Below, piece after piece: positions 59,500 to 64,000 of a stretch of 64,000 nucleotides of DNA (positions within the stretch are counted from its first letter, which is position 1; the number at the start of each line of letters is the position of its first letter). The stretch spans positions 1,216,001 through 1,280,000 of the forward strand of contig CBDCXM010000009.1 in NCBI GenBank assembly GCA_965223855.1, given 5' to 3'. A model generated the notes under the pieces. It was not told where the DNA came from and made no database searches. It was given only the letters and a program-made list of their open reading frames with translations. The DNA comes from Candidatus Multivoradales bacterium. GTDB taxonomy: Bacteria > Acidobacteriota > Thermoanaerobaculia > Multivoradales > JAHEKO01. Both the position numbers and the translations under genes were made by a program.

Positions 59500-60987
59500 T
59501 CAGTCGATGCTCTCGTCCCAGGCCGAGACGTCCCCGCTCTCGAAGCCGTCGGCGAAGATCACCCCGTCGAAGGCGACTACGCGGGCGAAGCCGGGGCCGT
59601 CCGACCCCGGCCCTCCCAGCAGCAGCTCGGGGAAGCCGTCACCGTCGAGGTCGCCGGCACCGACTCCGCGGCCGAGAACGTCGAGTCCGTTGTCCGGGTC
59701 GAAGCCGGGGGCGTCGAAGATCGAGTCGGCCGCCGCCGCGGGGATCGCTCCGGCGAGCGGTCCCCGGAACAGGTAGCAGCGCCCGCGGCTCGAAGCGCCG
59801 CCGAACTGGGCACCGACCAGCACGTCGTCGAAGCCGTCGCCGTCGAAATCGCCGGCACCCGCGACGATCCCGAAGTGGTCGCTCGGTGCGCTTGCCGCCT
59901 CGCCCGTGAGGATCGCGTCCGCCTCCCCGGCGCCGTACGTTCCCGGCGCCAGCGGGCCGGAGAAGACGTACGCCTTGCCCGGCCCGTCGCTGAGGAACAC
60001 CTGCCACGCCCCGACGACGAGGTCTTCGCTGCCGTTGCCGTCCACGTCGCCCGCCGTGTCGAGGAAGCTGCCGAAGGAGTCCCGTAGCGCCTCTCCGAGG
60101 ATCGTGACGTCAGCCTGGGCGCTCGACACGGTCCCTTCGACAGGGCTGAAGAAGACGTAAGCGCTGCCTGCGCCGACATCGACGAGCGGGAAGTTCGGTG
60201 CGCCGACGACAATGTCGTCGATGCCGTCGCCGTCGAGGTCCACGGCGGCGACGGCGGAGCCGAGCTCCTCGAGCCCCATCGTCCCGGTGACCGTCGCATC
60301 GGCGTCTTCGGGCCCGAGGTCGCCGGCGAGAGGGCCGAGGAAGACGTGCGCCGAGCCGCTGCCGCTCTGGCTCGCGCCGGCCAGCACGTCGTCGATCCCG
60401 TCGTCGTCGAAGTCGCCGACATCGATCGCCCGCCCGAGCTCGCTGAAGCTCGTCCCGGTGATCGTCGCGTCGGCGTCGGAGACCAGCAGGTCGCCGGCGA
60501 GCGGCCCGTAGAACACCCAAACCTGGCCGTTCAGGGTGCCGCCGACGTCCGGTCCGCGGGCGCCGAGCACGAGATCGCCCACCCCGTCGCCGTTGAGGTC
60601 GCCGCCGTGCGGTGTCGCCACCAGGTCGCCGAACGCGAGGCCGGTCACCGTCACGTCCGCGTCTCCGGCCTGGATGTCGCCGCCGTCGAACGGCCCGAAG
60701 AAGACATAGACCCGCCCGACGCTCGGCTCGTCGGCGCTCACCGTCGGCCCGCTCACCGCCAGATCCGTGACGCCGTCCCCGTTGACGTCGCCCACCACCG
60801 CGAGGCTGTTGCCGAAGTCCCCGCACAGGCTGGGCGCGGCGCACCCCGTCGCCTCGCCGAAGAGGTCGAACCACGGAGCTTGCGCTCCGATAGGGGCAGT
60901 GGAGCCGGCGAGGACTAGAACTGCGAGGGAAACTCGGAGCTTGCTGGGGGTCGTCGGATCGGCCGGTCGCCGAGTCGTGGCACTCAC
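59500..60987 (-). CDS. Integrin-alpha/FG-GAP beta-propeller secreted protein with C-terminal FADGFE tag
   Basis: GTG at 60987 with GAGGAG RBS. About seven GD.NGDG..DL..GA repeats. Ends IFADGFESGDVSAWDESID. Confidence 0.88.
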   Translation of the reverse strand: MSATTRRPADPTTPSKLRVSLAVLVLAGSTAPIGAQAPWFDLFGEATGCAAPSLCGDFGNSLAVVGDVNGDGVTDLAVSGPTVSADEPSVGRVYVFFGPFDGGDIQAGDADVTVTGLAFGDLVATPHGGDLNGDGVGDLVLGARGPDVGGTLNGQVWVFYGPLAGDLLVSDADATITGTSFSELGRAIDVGDFDDDGIDDVLAGASQSGSGSAHVFLGPLAGDLGPEDADATVTGTMGLEELGSAVAAVDLDGDGIDDIVVGAPNFPLVDVGAGSAYVFFSPVEGTVSSAQADVTILGEALRDSFGSFLDTAGDVDGNGSEDLVVGAWQVFLSDGPGKAYVFSGPLAPGTYGAGEADAILTGEAASAPSDHFGIVAGAGDFDGDGFDDVLVGAQFGGASSRGRCYLFRGPLAGAIPAAAADSIFDAPGFDPDNGLDVLGRGVGAGDLDGDGFPELLLGGPGSDGPGFARVVAFDGVIFADGFESGDVSAWDESID

Positions 60988-61069
60988 GGAATCTCCTCGG
61001 TCGGTTCGTCTTCGGGTGAGTTTCGACAAGGAGCCGCAAGGTTCATCCGCCCGGTAGCCGGGGCTGTGA

Positions 61070-61104
61070 TGGTGCTTCGCGGCGGGAGATTCGAACCCCC
61101 TGTC
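61070..61104 (-). other. tRNA/tmRNA-like 3' remnant (T-arm plus ...ACCA), possible att site
   Basis: Minus strand reads GACA-GGGGG-TTCGAAT-CTCCC-GCCGCGAAGC-ACCA. No properly spaced D-arm or anticodon arm upstream. Confidence 0.45.
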
Positions 61105-61163
61105 TCTCGATCCGCGACTTCGTGGTGCTTGACTCTGAAGTCAATCGGTTGCCGGGAAAGCGC

Positions 61164-62201
61164 CTATGGAGCCGGAGCGGGGGGCTTGTTCTGAGCTTGC
61201 TGCGTTGGGAGCAGACCCTCATCCCACAAGAAGTCCTCAAGCCTTCTAGCGAAGACGCGGTGCCCCTCTTTGTTCGGATGAGAGTCCAACGGATTGAGGA
61301 AGTACTCGGAGGGGTCTGTATCGAGGAACTCGAGAGTGAGGTTCACGAACGAGAAGCCCTCCCGAGCGAACGCTCTCTCAAGGAACGGAGATCTCATCGG
61401 GACTGTCGACAAGTAGGCGATCGCGATGGGCACACTTTGCTGCCGGCTCCAAACGCCGATCCTGGACAGGTAGTCCTTCACGCGCTTCTTGTTGTCCCCA
61501 ACCTTCACGAACTTCGCTTTCTCCGTGCGTTCGCCGTCGGTCTTCAAGGCAAGGCCACGTCTGAGCTGGATTCCGCTCAACAGGAACGACGAGAAGAAGG
61601 CGCGTTCGACGGGCCGAACCTCATAGGGTCGCTCGAACCAGATGTCACGCCAGGCGCGGTGATCGTTGTGTGCGCAGAAACCGATAATCACTAGATCGGG
61701 ACTGTAGGGTTGTGCCTTGGCCTTGATCACGCCCCAGTACTGCCGGAGGTTGTAGCCAGCGACCGCGAGGTTGATGACCTCGAAAGAAGCCCCTTCCGGC
61801 GTGGAGTTGAGGTTCTCCTCAAGGACGGAGTGGTACGCATCCTCAATCCGCACACCGGATGGCATCGAGAAGGAGTCGCCCACCAAGGCAATCCGGAACG
61901 TGGAAGGCGGCTTCTCAAGAGAGTATTCTTGGTCCCGCTCCCCTCGCGAGTTGGTGACGAAAGTCACTCGTTTGAACAGAGTCTCGAGGTTCGGCCTGAG
62001 CTCGAAGGCGAGATCATCGTGAGGCGACGGCTGAACGAGGCCGGAGACGCCGAAGCCGTGCAGGCTGTTCATCTTGGAGGGGGAAAGGCTGTCCCAGCCG
62101 AAGAGGTACATGCGGTACGCCTGCTCCAAGGTCAGGAGTGTTACCCCGATGGCGGCAAGCGCGAGTGCGACGTTGGCAAGCCCCTTGCCGACCGTGCCCA
62201 T
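61164..62201 (-). CDS. SGNH/GDSL hydrolase, membrane-anchored
   Basis: N-terminal TM helix, TNSRG.RD, GDSFS (block I), NLAVAG, HND, DSHPN..GH. Confidence 0.88.
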   Translation of the reverse strand: MGTVGKGLANVALALAAIGVTLLTLEQAYRMYLFGWDSLSPSKMNSLHGFGVSGLVQPSPHDDLAFELRPNLETLFKRVTFVTNSRGERDQEYSLEKPPSTFRIALVGDSFSMPSGVRIEDAYHSVLEENLNSTPEGASFEVINLAVAGYNLRQYWGVIKAKAQPYSPDLVIIGFCAHNDHRAWRDIWFERPYEVRPVERAFFSSFLLSGIQLRRGLALKTDGERTEKAKFVKVGDNKKRVKDYLSRIGVWSRQQSVPIAIAYLSTVPMRSPFLERAFAREGFSFVNLTLEFLDTDPSEYFLNPLDSHPNKEGHRVFARRLEDFLWDEGLLPTQQAQNKPPAPAP

Positions 62202-62335
62202 GGAAGAAGCCTAGCATCGGGTGTCTCCGTCCGTCTGGGCTTGACGACTGCGGTTGGTAGGGCCGAGGAGGCGCCTTGAGCCTTGTGTTGTGCGTTGCAT
62301 ATCTGCAGGTCCGCCGGTCTTGAGACCCTCGCAGT

Positions 62336-64000
62336 ATGAACAAACACAAGCCCACCCTACCCGTCCACGCTCGCCCTTTCGAGTCTCCCTTGTCGAGCCG
62401 AGGTTCCGCCTTGTCGGTGTGGGCTCTGCTTGTCCTGAGTTTCATCGGCATGCCGCTGGTCGCACAAGGTAACCCGATCGCCGTGCATGCTGTGCCGGAC
62501 AAGATCTTCGAGGGTACTGGCGATCTTCAGCTACTGCGCGATCGAGTGGACGCAATCGAGCCCGGCTATCTCAAGATTCCCTATCGCTGGTACTGGACCC
62601 AGAATCTCGACGAGATTCAGGACTTCATCGTCGACAATCCTGGGCGGCCCTTCGTGGCCGGCTTCCTTCACTTCAACAAGGACGAGTGCCACCCTGACAA
62701 TGACCCGGACTGCGTTGATGACTATTTCGATGACCTCCTGCTCGAGGCGCAGAACGCCGCTGAGGACTATGGCTCGTCGATCGAGTACTACGAACTCGGC
62801 AACGAGGTGGACGCCAAGATCAGCCACTTCCCTGGAGGGGTCTCCGAGTACATCGACAAGCTCAACGAGTTCGTGATGGCCGTGAAGACTCTCGGCGGGG
62901 ACTCCGACGCGAAGTTTGCAATCAGCTTCTTCGACGCCTCAAGTCCTACGGCAGAGGACATTCTCGAGGAGTGCGCCAACGACTCTGCGTGCGATGCCAA
63001 CGTCAAGGCCGTGGACATCCACGTGCATCCATCGTGGAACGAAAGCAACAAGGTGCTAACCGAGATTCAGGACATCAAGGACGCGATCGCCGCCAGTGGC
63101 TTCACGGCAACGGCGGACATTCTCGTTGGAGAGATCAGTACCTGGTTTGGTATCGCCGACACCACCCCGACAGGCGAGTATCAAACGGAAGAGGAGCAGG
63201 CCGTCTTCTACGCAGAGGCACTGTTGCTCGCAGTGAGCAAGAACAGGCTCGTAATGGGCGCGTCCGGTCCGATGAGAGATCGCGGGCTTGGCCTCAACAA
63301 TCAGAATCCTCCCTACCCCCCTGCGGACAGGTTCGCAATAGGAGCTCACTTCTTCAGGCCGTCCATGACCTACTGTGATCCTCAAGGTGTCCCGCCGGCG
63401 GACTGGTGCTGTCATCCGGATGATTTGACCTGCGATGGCGAGTTGTCTGGGCCGAAGCTGTCTGCCTATTCACTTGAGCTAGTGACCAATGCTCTCGAGG
63501 GTCTGGCGGCCGGGAAAGTGGTCAAAGTGAACTCGGGCGTGTCCGGCGTCGTCCGCATCAACATCAAGCATCCCATCTTCGCGTACGCGCTCTGGCTGGA
63601 CGGGACCGGCGATATCGGCTCCTCGTCCCAGTCGTACACCTTGGATGTCGGAACGAGCGCCACGAGTGCGCTTGTTATCAAGGGGCCTCCGATCAACGTG
63701 CTCTACGACGACCGAAAGTGGCCGATTCCCGATATCGAGCTTCGACACATGTTCGAGCACTCGTACGAGGACCTGACCGGATCGGGAGGGATGCTCACGC
63801 TGAATCTCGGAACTCACGAGCCCACATTTGTCTTCACCGAGTACGACTCGATGGTCGCCTACCTTGAGATGGACGACGTGACCGACCCTCTCGTGGACAC
63901 CACAAACTACGACAACGACGGTACGAACTTCGGCGTCGTCTACACGTCGGGGGGCAAGATCGGCGGGGCGCTTGAGTTCTCGAGCGCCTCGACCTACGCG
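62336..64000 (+). CDS. Secreted clan GH-A (GH39/GH5-like) TIM barrel followed by a LamG-like domain, 3'-partial
   Basis: Not in the ORF track because there is no stop. Manual translation from ATG 62336 gives a signal peptide, YYELGNE (acid/base), DIHVH, ILVGEIS (nucleophile), then MVAYLEMDD...GKIGGALEF at the start of a LamG-like domain. Confidence 0.8.
   Translation, partial: MNKHKPTLPVHARPFESPLSSRGSALSVWALLVLSFIGMPLVAQGNPIAVHAVPDKIFEGTGDLQLLRDRVDAIEPGYLKIPYRWYWTQNLDEIQDFIVDNPGRPFVAGFLHFNKDECHPDNDPDCVDDYFDDLLLEAQNAAEDYGSSIEYYELGNEVDAKISHFPGGVSEYIDKLNEFVMAVKTLGGDSDAKFAISFFDASSPTAEDILEECANDSACDANVKAVDIHVHPSWNESNKVLTEIQDIKDAIAASGFTATADILVGEISTWFGIADTTPTGEYQTEEEQAVFYAEALLLAVSKNRLVMGASGPMRDRGLGLNNQNPPYPPADRFAIGAHFFRPSMTYCDPQGVPPADWCCHPDDLTCDGELSGPKLSAYSLELVTNALEGLAAGKVVKVNSGVSGVVRINIKHPIFAYALWLDGTGDIGSSSQSYTLDVGTSATSALVIKGPPINVLYDDRKWPIPDIELRHMFEHSYEDLTGSGGMLTLNLGTHEPTFVFTEYDSMVAYLEMDDVTDPLVDTTNYDNDGTNFGVVYTSGGKIGGALEFSSASTYA

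Noticed and set aside
61070-61163. Functional tRNA-Sec (94 nt, TCA in a loop, CCA end)
   Set aside because: The TCA hairpin is too near the 5' end, the loop is not 7 nt, the D-arm is missing and the acceptor pairing is irregular. Reported only as a remnant.

Overview
High-GC, gene-dense bacterial chromosomal window with about 52 CDS. I found no rRNA, intact tRNA, CRISPR array, transposase or integrase. The gene content (many secreted beta-propeller/FG-GAP/VPS10 proteins, a TonB receptor, FHA-GGDEF, ECF-RskA-fasciclin) suggests a diderm such as Acidobacteriota/Thermoanaerobaculia, which is an inference. Recognisable functions: GMC oxidoreductase, alr, ade, a NatAB-like ABC exporter, TonB receptor plus GH113-like hydrolase, bactofilin, MATE/ANKH-like transporter, PilZ, LolA-like plus VPS10 plus crcB, MOSC, M49 peptidase, YcjF/DUF697, BI-1/YccA, DUF2461, two VCBS proteins, two PLP enzymes, a MoxR-DUF58-BatA-BatB/C operon, a DNRLRE protein, an M36 metalloprotease, PadR-HAAS, a serine hydrolase, an SGNH hydrolase and a partial clan GH-A/LamG protein. 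The best candidate for an under-described system is a 19-residue C-terminal tag, [LFVI]F[AE]DGFE[ST]GD[TV][ST][AN]Wx5, that ends four signal-peptide proteins of three unrelated folds at the same register and has no TM helix; a second one-strand tag (PVELQSITID) ends another secreted protein. Other notable items are a 1570-aa exported SH3/coiled-coil/NTF2 protein, a 34-Gly tract in BatB/C, a GspG-like motif fused to a carboxypeptidase-regulatory domain, a one-base frameshift creating a false VCBS-DUF2461 fusion, and a tRNA-like 3' remnant at the edge of a lower-GC segment. All family calls come from reading motifs by eye; no database searches were run.
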